The notes: generated by a model not told the origin, from the letters alone. Positions 18,202-28,173 are shown, counted from the stretch's first letter. The stretch: 64,000 bases of DNA from Candidatus Sericytochromatia bacterium (GCA_036676495.1 JAKFCT010000029.1:64001-128000); one strand, 5' to 3'. Translations and numbers: made by a program.

Positions 18202-19410
18202 TCAGTCCTGGGGGGGATGGGCGCCGAGGGCTCCGAGGGCCTTGGCGATGCGTTCGCGCAGCAGGGGTTCGCGTTCGGCCTGGCGGAAGGCGATCTCGAA
18301 TTCGCGGATGGCTCCGGAGGTGTCTCCGAGGCGCTGGTAGAGGCTGGCGATGCGGAAGTGGAGGTCGGGATCCTCGTAGCCGAGGACGGCGGCGCGCTCG
18401 TACTGGGTGAGGGCCTCGGAGAGGGTGCCGCGTTCCTGCAGGAGGGCGCCGAGCTGGATGAGGGCGGCGCGGTGGCGGGGGTTGAGGCCCAGGGCCTTGC
18501 GGTAGGCGGCGAGGGCTTGATCGGGATCCCGCCGGATCTGGTGGAGCATGCCGAGGCGGTAGGGGAGGTCGGCGTTGGCGGGTTCGAGGGGCATGGCGCG
18601 GCGGTAGTAGCCGATGGCCTCGTCGTAGCGTTCGTCCTTGACGTAGCAGTCGGCCAGGAGGGTGAGGGCGGTGGGGTTGGCGGGGTCGAGGCGGGAGGCT
18701 TCCTTGAGGTTTCGCTCGGCGGCGGGGAGGTTGCCGCGTTTGAGGAGGAGGCTGCCGAGGAGCAGGTAGGCGTGGGCGCTGCTTTCCTTGGCCACGAGCG
18801 CTTCATAGGTGGCCTGGGCTTCGGCGAGGTTGGCGTTTTCCTCGTAGAGGCGGCCGAGCCGCTTGAGGGCGGCGGGGTCGGGGAGGGGTTTGAGGAGGGC
18901 GATGGCGGCGGGGAGGTCTCCGCGGTCCTCGAGGTGCATGGCGCGCTGGAGGGGGTCGCGGGTGGACTGCCAGAGCCACCAGGCGAAGCCGCCTCCGGCG
19001 ACGAGCATGACGGCGAGGAGGATCAGGGCGAGGGTCTTGGGGGGGAGGGGGGGGCGGTGCTTGGGGGGGAACTTGGGTTTGCCGATGGGTTTCTTGCAGC
19101 GGCCGCAGCGGGCGACGAGGAGGCCGGTTTCGGAGCGGACGCGGTTGTAGGTGCCGCACTGGGAGCAGACGGCGACGATGAGGGAGGGCCCGGTGGGGGC
19201 GTGGGGGTTGCGTTGGCGGTCGTAGGCGTCGCGGAGGGCGGGGTCGGAGAGGACGCGATAGGCTTCGGTGAGCAGTTGGGTTTGCTCGGAGTTCCCCCCC
19301 TTGTCGGGGTGGGTGCCGGCCAGTAGTAGGGTCCGGTAGGCCTTCTTGATGATGAGGGGGCTGGCCTTGGGGTGGACCTGCAGGACCTCGTAGTAGTCTG
19401 GCTCGGACAT
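18202..19410 (-). CDS. J-domain protein with CxxC zinc ribbon, TM helix and C-terminal TPR array
   Basis: DYYEVLQV..IKKAYR..HPDK..EAYRVLSDP; CSQCGTYNRV...CGRC; TM segment; about 6 TPRs. Confidence 0.85.
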   Translation of the reverse strand: MSEPDYYEVLQVHPKASPLIIKKAYRTLLLAGTHPDKGGNSEQTQLLTEAYRVLSDPALRDAYDRQRNPHAPTGPSLIVAVCSQCGTYNRVRSETGLLVARCGRCKKPIGKPKFPPKHRPPLPPKTLALILLAVMLVAGGGFAWWLWQSTRDPLQRAMHLEDRGDLPAAIALLKPLPDPAALKRLGRLYEENANLAEAQATYEALVAKESSAHAYLLLGSLLLKRGNLPAAERNLKEASRLDPANPTALTLLADCYVKDERYDEAIGYYRRAMPLEPANADLPYRLGMLHQIRRDPDQALAAYRKALGLNPRHRAALIQLGALLQERGTLSEALTQYERAAVLGYEDPDLHFRIASLYQRLGDTSGAIREFEIAFRQAEREPLLRERIAKALGALGAHPPQD

Positions 19411-19663
19411 GAATCCTTAGCTTAGCTTGGCGGGGGGACAGCCGCTCCAGTATACCCGCTAGGCGTTAAGCTTTCACGCTTGTCTGGCGAGAGGCGGGCA
19501 TCTTCCGGGAAAGGGGCGGCAGGGGCGCGGTTCTCGCGGCAAAACCCCTAGGGCATTTCGTCGTGATTGGCCATGCCTCCCGGGGGCGGCTCCTCCTAGG
19601 ATGGGGGGGATTGGGGGTTGCGGCAGGCCTTTCGCGGCCGGAACTCGAAGGAGGGTGCAACGG

Positions 19664-20071
19664 ATGGAATCGACGCCCCGTCCCATCACGGGATACCCGT
19701 CCCAGCGGCTCGCGCTTCCCTTGGCGACGCTGGGGAAGGGGTTGCAGCGGCTCTTGCGGCCCGCGCGGCTGGCAGTGGTCATGGTGCAGGCGCAAGGCGA
19801 GCAGGCGATCGTCGAGGTGCATGGGGCCCTGGACGTTCGGGGGTCCGAGCGGCTGAAGCGGGCGGTCGCCCTGGCGTTCGAGGAAGGGTCGAGCCAGGTG
19901 ACGATCGAGCTGTCGAAGGCGACGCGGGTCACTCCGGCGGGGGTGGCGGCGTTGGTGGAGGCGAGCGAGCGAGCGGGCGCGGGCGCGGTCCAGCTGGCGG
20001 GGTTGAGTCCGGAGTTCCGCTGGCTCTTGGAGAAGGCGGGCTTGCACATGGTGCTCGAGATCATGGAGTAG
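19664..20071 (+). CDS. STAS-domain (anti-sigma-factor-antagonist-like) protein
   Basis: GAAGGAGG RBS; V.V.GALD...LK.....VTIELS.ATRVTPAGVAALV...LAGLS...LLEKAGL. Confidence 0.8.
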   Translation: MESTPRPITGYPSQRLALPLATLGKGLQRLLRPARLAVVMVQAQGEQAIVEVHGALDVRGSERLKRAVALAFEEGSSQVTIELSKATRVTPAGVAALVEASERAGAGAVQLAGLSPEFRWLLEKAGLHMVLEIME

Positions 20072-20074
20072 CCG

Positions 20075-21577
20075 ATGAAGGCGATCATTCTGGCGGCCTC
20101 GCCGGGGGGGGCGACGGAGGGCTTCGGCTTCCAGCTCCACGAGGCGCTCTGGCCCTTGCTGGGGCGGCCGTTGATTGATTTGCAGCTGGAGGCCCTGGGC
20201 GAGCTGGGGGCGCGGGAGGTCTGGGTGAGCCTGCGGCATCGGCCGTTCGGGCTGGATCGGCACCTGCAGGGGCGGCATGCGCCTCCGCTGACGGTCGTGC
20301 GCTTGGAGCGGCAGGATCGGGGGCTATTGGGGACGCTCTCGCGGGCGCGCCGCTTCCTGACGGAGACCACCTTGCTCTTGCCGGCGGACATGGTGCCTCC
20401 TGCGGAGCTGGGGGCCTTCCTGGCGGATCACCTGGCCTCGGAGGCCTGGCTGAGCGAGATTCTCGATCCGGCGGGGAACGCCTGCTACCTGGTGGAGCCG
20501 GCGCTCCTGGCGTTGCTGGGGACGGAAGGAGAGCTTTGCCCGGAGGTGCTGGCGGCGGCGGGGCATCCCGTGCGGAGCGTGCTTCACCCGGGCCTGGCCC
20601 GGCTGGGGACGCCGGGGGGCCTTCTTGCGGCGCATGCCCAGGCGTTGCAGCGGGGCTACGTGGATGCGACGGCGAAGGTGCATCCGGCCGCGCGGGTGGC
20701 CGAGCGGGTTTGGATCGGGCCGGGCTGCCGCGTGGAGCGCGAGGCCAAGCTTTCAGAGGGCACGGTCCTCATGGAAGGGGTGCGGGTGGAGCGGGGGGCG
20801 ACGCTCTCCGGGGTCGTGGTGCTGCCGCATGTGCGGGTCGGCAAGGCTTCGAGCTTCCAGCAGGCGATCCTGACTCCCGAGGGGAGTTTCACGGCCGGGG
20901 GCTTCACGCCGGAGCCGGACGCGGAGGTGCTGGGATCGGCGCGGCAGGCGAGCTGGGGGGAGCGCGGGCATCAGGGGCTGGACATGGTGCTGGCGGGCCT
21001 GGCGCTCCTGGTGCTGGCACCGCTGCTGCTCGTCCTGGCCGTGATCATCCGGCTGGACTCACCGGGGCCGATCTTCTACTCGCAGCTGCGGGTGGGGCAG
21101 GATCGGCGCGGCAAGCTGCGCGGCCGGGTCTTCGAGCTTTACAAGTTCCGGACCATGCACGTGGACGCGGACGCGCGGCTGGCGGAGCTGAAGGCCCAGA
21201 ACGCGTACGGATCGGGGCCGTTCTTCAAGCTGGAGCATGATCCGCGGATCACGCGGGCGGGGGCGTTCCTGCGCAAGACCAGCCTGGACGAGCTGCCGCA
21301 ACTCTTGAACGTCCTGCGGGGGGATATGCGGTTGGTGGGGAACCGGCCGTTGCCGGTCTACGAGGCGGCGGAGCTGGCCGAGGAGTGGCAGCGCATGCGC
21401 TTCAACTGTCCGGCAGGGATCACGGGGCTCTGGCAGATCAGCGGGAGATCGGATCTGAGCGAGCACGAGCGCATGGTGCTGGACACGGTTTACGCGGTGA
21501 CGCGGAATTTCTGGACGGACTGGCTCATCTTGCTCAAGACCTTGCCGGCGCTGCTGTTGCGGAGGGGGGCACGCTAG
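20075..21577 (+). CDS. Priming sugar transferase fused to a degenerate NTP-transferase and hexapeptide (LbH) domain
   Basis: [17 protein letters not shown]; hexapeptide repeats; Bac_transf motifs [50 protein letters not shown]. Confidence 0.9.
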   Translation: MKAIILAASPGGATEGFGFQLHEALWPLLGRPLIDLQLEALGELGAREVWVSLRHRPFGLDRHLQGRHAPPLTVVRLERQDRGLLGTLSRARRFLTETTLLLPADMVPPAELGAFLADHLASEAWLSEILDPAGNACYLVEPALLALLGTEGELCPEVLAAAGHPVRSVLHPGLARLGTPGGLLAAHAQALQRGYVDATAKVHPAARVAERVWIGPGCRVEREAKLSEGTVLMEGVRVERGATLSGVVVLPHVRVGKASSFQQAILTPEGSFTAGGFTPEPDAEVLGSARQASWGERGHQGLDMVLAGLALLVLAPLLLVLAVIIRLDSPGPIFYSQLRVGQDRRGKLRGRVFELYKFRTMHVDADARLAELKAQNAYGSGPFFKLEHDPRITRAGAFLRKTSLDELPQLLNVLRGDMRLVGNRPLPVYEAAELAEEWQRMRFNCPAGITGLWQISGRSDLSEHERMVLDTVYAVTRNFWTDWLILLKTLPALLLRRGAR

Positions 21578-21610
21578 CTCTGGGAAACGTCGGGTGAAGA
21601 AGGAGGAAGC

Positions 21611-22381
21611 ATGATCCGCAAGACGCTGATGGCGCTGGCCCTGGGTTTCCCTTTGCTCGGCGCCCCGATGCTCAGTGCAGAGGCCTGGGCGGCAGAGCGG
21701 GTGATCATTCCCACGCCGCCGGCGAACCTGTCGCTGGAGGAGGCGCTGGCGCGGGCGATGCGCGAGAGTCCCGAGGTGAAGGTGGCCGAGTCGGAGCTGG
21801 CGCGGGCGCAGGCCGAGGCAGGCAGCCAGGCACTTTGGCCGCTGCGCTCATTGACGGCGAACGTCTCGATCGTGCGCCAGCTGGACGGCTCGGGGCTGGG
21901 GCTGGCTCCGGGGCAGACTCCCGGGGCGATCGGCTTCGGGGGGCCGACGGCGGGGGCGTATCTCAACCTGAACGTCGGGGAGCTGATCGGCGGGGCGTTC
22001 ATGATGCGGGCGGCCCATGCCCGGATGGTGACGGCCGAGGAGAATTTGCGGCTGGTCAAGCTGCAGGTGGCGACCGGGGTGACGGAGGCCTACGCGGCGT
22101 GGAGCGCCCAGAAGAAGCTCATGGCGCTGCGCCAGGAAGCGATCAAGGCTTCCCAAAGCGACGTGGTGGTGCTGGAGCGGCTCTTCGGGCGCGGGGGGGC
22201 GAACATCAACGACCTCCTGAAGGCCCGGCTGGCAGTCAGCCAGTCCCAGGTGGATCTGCTGACGGCCGAGGGGGAGTACAACCGGGCCTGGACGACCTTG
22301 CTGCAACGCATGGGCCAGTCGGCCTGGCTGGAGCCCCAACGCCAGGCGCCTACGGGAACCGTGAAAAAAGGAGCGCGCTAA
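21611..22381 (+). CDS. Short TolC-family outer-membrane efflux protein (single OEP repeat)
   Basis: Signal peptide; LSLEEALARA...P.VK.AE; VTEAY; F..G.....DLL.A; AGGAGG RBS. Confidence 0.75.
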   Translation: MIRKTLMALALGFPLLGAPMLSAEAWAAERVIIPTPPANLSLEEALARAMRESPEVKVAESELARAQAEAGSQALWPLRSLTANVSIVRQLDGSGLGLAPGQTPGAIGFGGPTAGAYLNLNVGELIGGAFMMRAAHARMVTAEENLRLVKLQVATGVTEAYAAWSAQKKLMALRQEAIKASQSDVVVLERLFGRGGANINDLLKARLAVSQSQVDLLTAEGEYNRAWTTLLQRMGQSAWLEPQRQAPTGTVKKGAR

Positions 22382-22384
22382 CTC

Positions 22385-24073
22385 ATGAAGCAGCCTGAAA
22401 AGCGGGCTCTTGAGCGTTTCGAGGCCCACCTTCCCCTCTTGAAGCACCTGGTGGCCCGGGCCCTGGCAACCGGCGGGGGCACCGCGCGTTCCCTGGTCTA
22501 CGCGGGAGCCCATGGGTTGTGGCAAGCGGCCGTGGACTTCGGGGACGGAGCGTTCGGGGAGGCCGCCGAGGTGGCGGTGACGAGCGCGTTGCTCGATCAC
22601 TTGCACTTCGGGACCGCCAAGCCGCTGCCGGAAGCGCTCTCGGGCCTGACTCCGAAGCTGGACGCGATGGCCGCGCAACTGCAGGCCGAGCAACCTCCCC
22701 AGGCGCTGGCGACCTACGGGGCCCTCATGCGGCGCCCCAACACGTTGCCGATGCCCGAAGAGGAGTTCCCGGTCCTGGTCAACGGGTCCGAGGGGGCCTT
22801 GCTGTCGGCGATCGCCAACCTCTTCCGGCGCCACTGGCCCTTGATGGTGGCGATCGCCCTGGTCACGGAGGTCGCCGTCTTCGCGATGGTCAAGACCGCC
22901 CCCAAGACCTACAAGGCCGAAACCACGGTCAACACCGGGATCGCCTCGGGGATCTCGGCCACCGGCGCGCCGATCGACTGGTTCAAGGCCGGCGCCCTCA
23001 TGGGCAACCTCACGGAGATCCTGCTGAGCCGGGCGGTGCTCGACCGAACGCTCAAGGCGATGAACTGGGATCTCCCGGCCGAGAAGCTGGCCAAGCGCCT
23101 CGAGGTCGAGCGGGTGAACCAGACCGACCTCCTGAAGATCTCGGCCACGGCCCTCTCGGCCGAAGAGGCGAGCGAACTCGCGAACGTCCACGTGCGGGAG
23201 TTCATGGCTTACTACTCCGGCATGACGGGCCGAGATGCCGGCAAGACCAACCAGTTCATCTCCGAGCAGGCCCAAGAAGCCGAGAGCCGCTTGCGCACGG
23301 CCGAGGAGCGGCTGCGCCGCTTCAAGGCGGAGGCCTTGCCGGAAGCCCAGCTCGCGCTTTCCGAGCAGCTGGCGGATACGCGGCGGCTGCGCGACGAGAC
23401 CCAGCAGCTGATCGCCGCCGCCCAGTCGGGCCTCAGCATGGTGGAGTCCGAGTTGAAGCGCCTGAAGGCCGATCCGGGGCTGGCCGCGACCGTCATGATG
23501 AGCCCGGAGGTGGACGCGGCCGGCGAACGGCTGAAGTCCCTTAAAGAAAACCTGGCGGACGCCCGCAGCGTCCTGGGCTCGAACCATCCCTCGGTCAAGG
23601 AGCTGGAGGCCCAGATTGCCAAGGCCTCGGGCCAGTTGAACGTCACGACCCGCCGGGTGGCGGGAGGCGAGGAGGGCATGGCCGACGTGATCGCCCGACG
23701 GATTGCCCTGAAGGTGGAGCTCGCCCAGAACCAGGCCAAGCTCGCGGCGATCGACAGCACCTTGCGGGAGCTCGAGCCCAAGGTGAAGTCGGCGTCCTCG
23801 GAGCAGGTGACCCTCGCGCAGCTGCAGCGGGAAGTCGAGATCGCGGCCGCGGACTACCAGCGCCTGAGTCAGCGCGCCGGGGAGACCCGGGTGGCGGCCT
23901 CGGGGGCGGCGACCCTGCCCTTGACCATCATCGACCCGGCCATTCCTCCCAGCCGCCCCGAGAGCCAGAAGCTTCCGGTCAAATTGGCCCTGGGCCTCAT
24001 CGTGAGCCTGCTCTTCGGGGGAGTGATCGGCTACCTCCTCGAATTGCGGAGGAAGCCCGAGCCCGAGGTGTAA
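22385..24073 (+). CDS. GumC/Wzc-like polysaccharide co-polymerase, no kinase domain, with an N-terminal sigma-region-2-like extension
   Basis: TM1 then P.TYKAETTV, ILLSRAVL, NHPSVKEL, coiled coils, IIDPA.PP..P and TM2; about 140 extra N-terminal residues. Confidence 0.85.
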   Translation: MKQPEKRALERFEAHLPLLKHLVARALATGGGTARSLVYAGAHGLWQAAVDFGDGAFGEAAEVAVTSALLDHLHFGTAKPLPEALSGLTPKLDAMAAQLQAEQPPQALATYGALMRRPNTLPMPEEEFPVLVNGSEGALLSAIANLFRRHWPLMVAIALVTEVAVFAMVKTAPKTYKAETTVNTGIASGISATGAPIDWFKAGALMGNLTEILLSRAVLDRTLKAMNWDLPAEKLAKRLEVERVNQTDLLKISATALSAEEASELANVHVREFMAYYSGMTGRDAGKTNQFISEQAQEAESRLRTAEERLRRFKAEALPEAQLALSEQLADTRRLRDETQQLIAAAQSGLSMVESELKRLKADPGLAATVMMSPEVDAAGERLKSLKENLADARSVLGSNHPSVKELEAQIAKASGQLNVTTRRVAGGEEGMADVIARRIALKVELAQNQAKLAAIDSTLRELEPKVKSASSEQVTLAQLQREVEIAAADYQRLSQRAGETRVAASGAATLPLTIIDPAIPPSRPESQKLPVKLALGLIVSLLFGGVIGYLLELRRKPEPEV

Positions 24074-24074
24074 G

Positions 24075-25751
24075 ATGGCCCTGCGCGCGCGCGGTTCCGA
24101 TCTCGGCCCCCAGGGGGGCGGCCCCCCGGGGGGCGGACCCCAGCGGGGCGGAGCCCGGGGCGATCGTCAGCGGCCCTTCGGGTTTCAGCCGGACTGGCTG
24201 AAGCCGCTGCTGCTACCGCTCCTCTGGGCCCTGCCCTTCCTCCTGGCGGTCGCCCACGCGGTGGCCGACTTCCAGCGCCTGCAGATCGTGCTGCTCGCGG
24301 TGGCGCCCCTGGCCCTGGTGGTCTTCCTCAACATCGAGTTCGGCCTCTACACGGTCCTGGGCTACGCCACCGTCGTGATCTTCATCAAGCGCCTGATGCC
24401 CAACCTGGACTCCAACCAGATGGGCGTCGTCCTGGACGGGCTCATCTGCCTGATGGCCCTGCGGCTCGCGCTCGACCTCCTGCGGACGAAGCGCTGGGGA
24501 GCGTTCAAGTCTCCCTTGACCCTGCCGGTCATCGCGCTGGCCGGCTACCTGCTCTTGCAGGTCTTCAACCCCTCGGCGCCGGGCCTCAAGTTCGGCATCT
24601 ACGGCAGCCGGGATACCCTGCGCTTCCTGGGCTTCTTCCTGGTGCTTTTCTACATGCGCGCGACCCCCAAGATCAAGCGCTTCATGCAGGTCTTCCTCTT
24701 CCTGATGGTGGGGGATGCCCTCTACGGGATCTGGCAGCACCACCACGGCCTGCTCTACCAGGAGCACCAGTGGCTGCTCGAGTCCAAGGCCTACCGGACC
24801 CACGTCCTGAAGGGCTACGTGCGGGTCTTCGGGACGGTCGGGGACGCGGCCACCTTCGGCTTCATCAACATCACCGCGGCCCTGCTCCTGATCGGCCTCG
24901 CCCTGACCTCCAAGGGCTGGAAGCTCTGGGCCTTGCTGGGCCTGACCATGCCGTGCCTGTACGCGATGGTGCTTTCGTACTCGCGCGGCCCCATGGTGGC
25001 CGTGGTGGCGGGCGTGGGCGTGATGCTGCTGGTGAGCCGGAACTGGAAGCTCGCCATGGCCTGCGTGGTGGCCGGGGGGCTCGGGCTGGGCGCCCTGGCC
25101 CTCAACGGCGACACGCGGCTCTTCGACCGCCTCATGACGGCGACCAACCCGGTGGAGGACGCCTCCTTCCAGGTGCGCATGGGCTACATCGACACGTACA
25201 TGCCGCTCATCTTCGAGCGCCCCTTCGGCGGAGGGCTCTACACGGCAGGCGCCTCGGGGCTGTCCATCACCGGCGGCGAGCCCATCCCGGGCACCACCAT
25301 CGGAGTGCCCACCGATAACCTCTACTTCAAGTACGGCCTGGAGCTGGGCTGGGTGGGGCTCGCGATCTTCTTCTGGTTCCTGGCCTCCATCTGGGTGGTG
25401 ACGCTGCGCAGCTACTTCGCGCTAAAAGATCCGTTCCTCAAGGCGACCGCGCTGGGCCTGCTGGGCGTCTTCAGCTGCTACATCGTGGGCGCCTTCTCCA
25501 ACGACATCCTGGTCCAGAAGCCGCTCACCGAGTTCTTCTACATGGCCGTCGGGCTCTCGGCGCTCCTGAGCCAGCACCGGGACGCCGTGTCGGCGTCGCC
25601 GGCCCGCGCTTTGCCTTCGGGCCCGAGGCCCATGGGGCTCTTGGAGCCAGGCCCCTCGACCACTTCCGGGAACGGACCCCAAAGGGGCGGACCCCAGCCG
25701 GACGGGTCCCCGCGGACGGGCCGCCGGGACAAGAAGGGAAGACCGGGATGA
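24075..25751 (+). CDS. O-antigen ligase/Wzy-family polymerase
   Basis: More than 10 TM segments; RVFGT, SYSRG, S...R, P.GGG, DNLY.KYGLELGWVGL. Confidence 0.85.
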   Translation: MALRARGSDLGPQGGGPPGGGPQRGGARGDRQRPFGFQPDWLKPLLLPLLWALPFLLAVAHAVADFQRLQIVLLAVAPLALVVFLNIEFGLYTVLGYATVVIFIKRLMPNLDSNQMGVVLDGLICLMALRLALDLLRTKRWGAFKSPLTLPVIALAGYLLLQVFNPSAPGLKFGIYGSRDTLRFLGFFLVLFYMRATPKIKRFMQVFLFLMVGDALYGIWQHHHGLLYQEHQWLLESKAYRTHVLKGYVRVFGTVGDAATFGFINITAALLLIGLALTSKGWKLWALLGLTMPCLYAMVLSYSRGPMVAVVAGVGVMLLVSRNWKLAMACVVAGGLGLGALALNGDTRLFDRLMTATNPVEDASFQVRMGYIDTYMPLIFERPFGGGLYTAGASGLSITGGEPIPGTTIGVPTDNLYFKYGLELGWVGLAIFFWFLASIWVVTLRSYFALKDPFLKATALGLLGVFSCYIVGAFSNDILVQKPLTEFFYMAVGLSALLSQHRDAVSASPARALPSGPRPMGLLEPGPSTTSGNGPQRGGPQPDGSPRTGRRDKKGRPG

Positions 25752-26926
25752 GAATCACCCTGATCGCCTCGGACGAGTCGACCGCTCCCCTGTACCGCGT
25801 GCGCCTCCTGGCACGGGTGCTGGCCCGGCGCTTCGAGGTGGAGGTGCTGGGCTACCACTTCGACCCCGCCGAGCTCGACCCGCGCGCCCCGCGGGACTTC
25901 CCTTACCGGGCCGTTGCAGCCCGTCCGCTCCCGGGCTTCCTGGAAGACGCCCGCAAGCTGGCCTCCATGGTGAGCGGGGACGTGCTCTACGCCATGAAGC
26001 CGCGCCCGACCTCCTTCGGCACGGCCCTCGCACTCGCGCGGCGGCGCGGGATCCCCCTGGTCGTGGACGTGGACGACTGGGAACCCACCATGATCCACCC
26101 CTACTCCCGGCATGCCCTCAAGAACGCCGCCTACGCCCTGCCCCGGCTGAGACATCCCAACAACTACCTCTTCACGGCCGCCTTCGACCGCTTGATCGGC
26201 CTGGCCGACGGCGTCACGACGGTCTCGCGCTTCTTCCAGGAGCGCTACCGCCGCGGCGCGCAGCCCTTCGTCCTGGCTCCTCAGTACGTGGACACCGTGC
26301 GCTTCGATCCCGCCCGTTACGATCGCGAGGCCTTGCGCCGGGAACTGGGCTGCGCAGGCTTCACGCTGGTCTTTGCGGGCATCGCCCAGCCCAACAAGGG
26401 GGTGGGAGAGATCCTCGAGGCGCTCAGGCGGTTGCCGGATCGCCCCTGGGAGCTGCTGATCGTGGGTCCCAAGACGCCCTATGCGCTCTCGCTGGCCGAA
26501 CAGGAGCCTCGCGTGAGGCTCTTGGGCACTCAGCCTCCCGAAGAGACGCCCAAATACCTGGCCCTGGCGGACGCGGTGGCCCTTCCGCAGCGCGCCGAGC
26601 CCGCCTCCCTGGGGCAGATGCCGATGAAGCTCTTCGAGGCGATGGCCATGGGCTGTCCGGTGGTCTCGACGCGGCTGGCGGACATCCCGGAGGTGCTGGA
26701 CGGCTGCGGCATGGTGGTTTCACCGGGGGATCCGGCGGCCCTGGCCGAAGCCCTGGCGGCGCTCATGACCCATCCCGCGCAGGCCCGGCAGCTCGGAGAG
26801 GCCGCCCGCCGGAAGGTGCTCTCGGCGTATAGCTACGATCGGGGCGCCCAGGTGCTCGGGGACCTGATGATGGAGGTGGCGGGGCGTTCCGGCGTTCCGC
26901 GGACCGAAAGAGAGGCGTCATGCTGA
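25748..26926 (+). CDS. Glycosyltransferase family 4
   Basis: GT-B motifs FAG...NKG, MKLFEAMAMGCPVV, D...LA.AL. Confidence 0.9.
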   Translation: MRITLIASDESTAPLYRVRLLARVLARRFEVEVLGYHFDPAELDPRAPRDFPYRAVAARPLPGFLEDARKLASMVSGDVLYAMKPRPTSFGTALALARRRGIPLVVDVDDWEPTMIHPYSRHALKNAAYALPRLRHPNNYLFTAAFDRLIGLADGVTTVSRFFQERYRRGAQPFVLAPQYVDTVRFDPARYDREALRRELGCAGFTLVFAGIAQPNKGVGEILEALRRLPDRPWELLIVGPKTPYALSLAEQEPRVRLLGTQPPEETPKYLALADAVALPQRAEPASLGQMPMKLFEAMAMGCPVVSTRLADIPEVLDGCGMVVSPGDPAALAEALAALMTHPAQARQLGEAARRKVLSAYSYDRGAQVLGDLMMEVAGRSGVPRTEREASC

Positions 26927-28173
26927 CGAATGAGCAGATCATCTGCCTGTCGATCACGCCCTGGGAGACCCATCTGCCGAGCTCGGGGCATTACCTCATG
27001 CGGGAGTTCGCCCGGCGAAACCGGGTGCTCTTCGTGGATCGCCCCTTGAGCGTGAAGGATCTCTGGACGCATCGGCAGAACCCCGAGATGGCCGCGCGGC
27101 TGGCGCGGACGCTGCGCCGGGAGAACCCCTTGCGATCCTGGGGGATCGCGGGGCTGGACGGCTGGGTGCTCACGCCTCCCCCCACCCTGCCCATCAACGG
27201 CCTGGACTCCGGGGCCCTCTACGAGAGCGGCTTCGTGGCCAATTCCCAGGTGCTGCGCCACAGCGTCCGCTGGGCCATGGACGCGCTGGAGATGGAGGAG
27301 CCGATCCTCTGGATCTCGTTCGAGCTTCCCATGGGGGCGGGCCTGCTGGGGACGCTGGGGGAATGCCTGAGCGTCTACCATTGCTTCGACGAGGTGCTCG
27401 GAGAGCCGTACCTGGCCCGCCATGGGCGAGAGCTCGAGGGGATTCTCTTCGAGCGCGCCGACCTGGTCTTCGCGAGCTCGCGCAAGCTGGCTCGGGACCG
27501 GGAGGCGATCCGGCCGGATATCCAGTTCGTGCCGAACGGCGTGGACTTCGCGTCCTATCACCGGGCCGCCGACCCCAAGCTCGCCATCCCCGACGAGTTG
27601 CGGGCGATCCCCCGACCTCGGATCGGCTACCTGGGCAATCTCGAGGCAAGGGTGGATTACGCGCTGATCGAGCGGGTGGCGCTGACGCGTCCGGACTGGT
27701 CGATCGTGCTGGTGGGGCCCAGCGAGGGCTACTGGAGAGAGAAGCTGGCCATCTTGGAGAAGCTCTCCAACGTCTACTGGCTGGGCAAGCGAGCGCCGGG
27801 GGAGGCGCCGGCGATCCTGAAGGCCTTCGATGCGGCGATCATCCCGTTCGTGCGATCGCCGCAGACCGAGGCCATCTATCCGCTCAAGCTCAACGAGTAC
27901 CTGGCGGCCGGCAAATCGGTGGTGATGACCCCGTTCGCCGACCTGCGGGAGTTCCAGAACGTGGCCTGGATCGCCCCGGATGCCGCGTCCTTCATCGGTG
28001 CCCTGGAGGAGGCGATCCTCCCGGTGGATCCCGGCATGCTCCGCATGCGCTGGCGCGTCGCGCAGGAAAATGACTGGCGCGACCGGGCGACGGTCATCGC
28101 CCAGGTGCTGGCGCAGCGGTTGAGCGCGCGTCCTCCGAGGCGCCGGCTCGCAGGAAGGAGGAATCTCGCATGA
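26920..28173 (+). CDS. Glycosyltransferase (TuaH-like GT-B)
   Basis: VYHCFDE, ADLVFASS, VPNGVD, P.IGYLG, PLKLNEYLAAGKSVV. Confidence 0.88.
   Translation: MLTNEQIICLSITPWETHLPSSGHYLMREFARRNRVLFVDRPLSVKDLWTHRQNPEMAARLARTLRRENPLRSWGIAGLDGWVLTPPPTLPINGLDSGALYESGFVANSQVLRHSVRWAMDALEMEEPILWISFELPMGAGLLGTLGECLSVYHCFDEVLGEPYLARHGRELEGILFERADLVFASSRKLARDREAIRPDIQFVPNGVDFASYHRAADPKLAIPDELRAIPRPRIGYLGNLEARVDYALIERVALTRPDWSIVLVGPSEGYWREKLAILEKLSNVYWLGKRAPGEAPAILKAFDAAIIPFVRSPQTEAIYPLKLNEYLAAGKSVVMTPFADLREFQNVAWIAPDAASFIGALEEAILPVDPGMLRMRWRVAQENDWRDRATVIAQVLAQRLSARPPRRRLAGRRNLA

Noticed and set aside
14404-19326. 1640-aa + strand ORF and other long antisense ORFs (e.g. 3235-4908, 11407-13275, 30262-32208, 43681-45453, 54845-56941)
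   Set aside because: They are shadow frames opposite clearly recognisable genes, expected with high GC3, and show no motifs.
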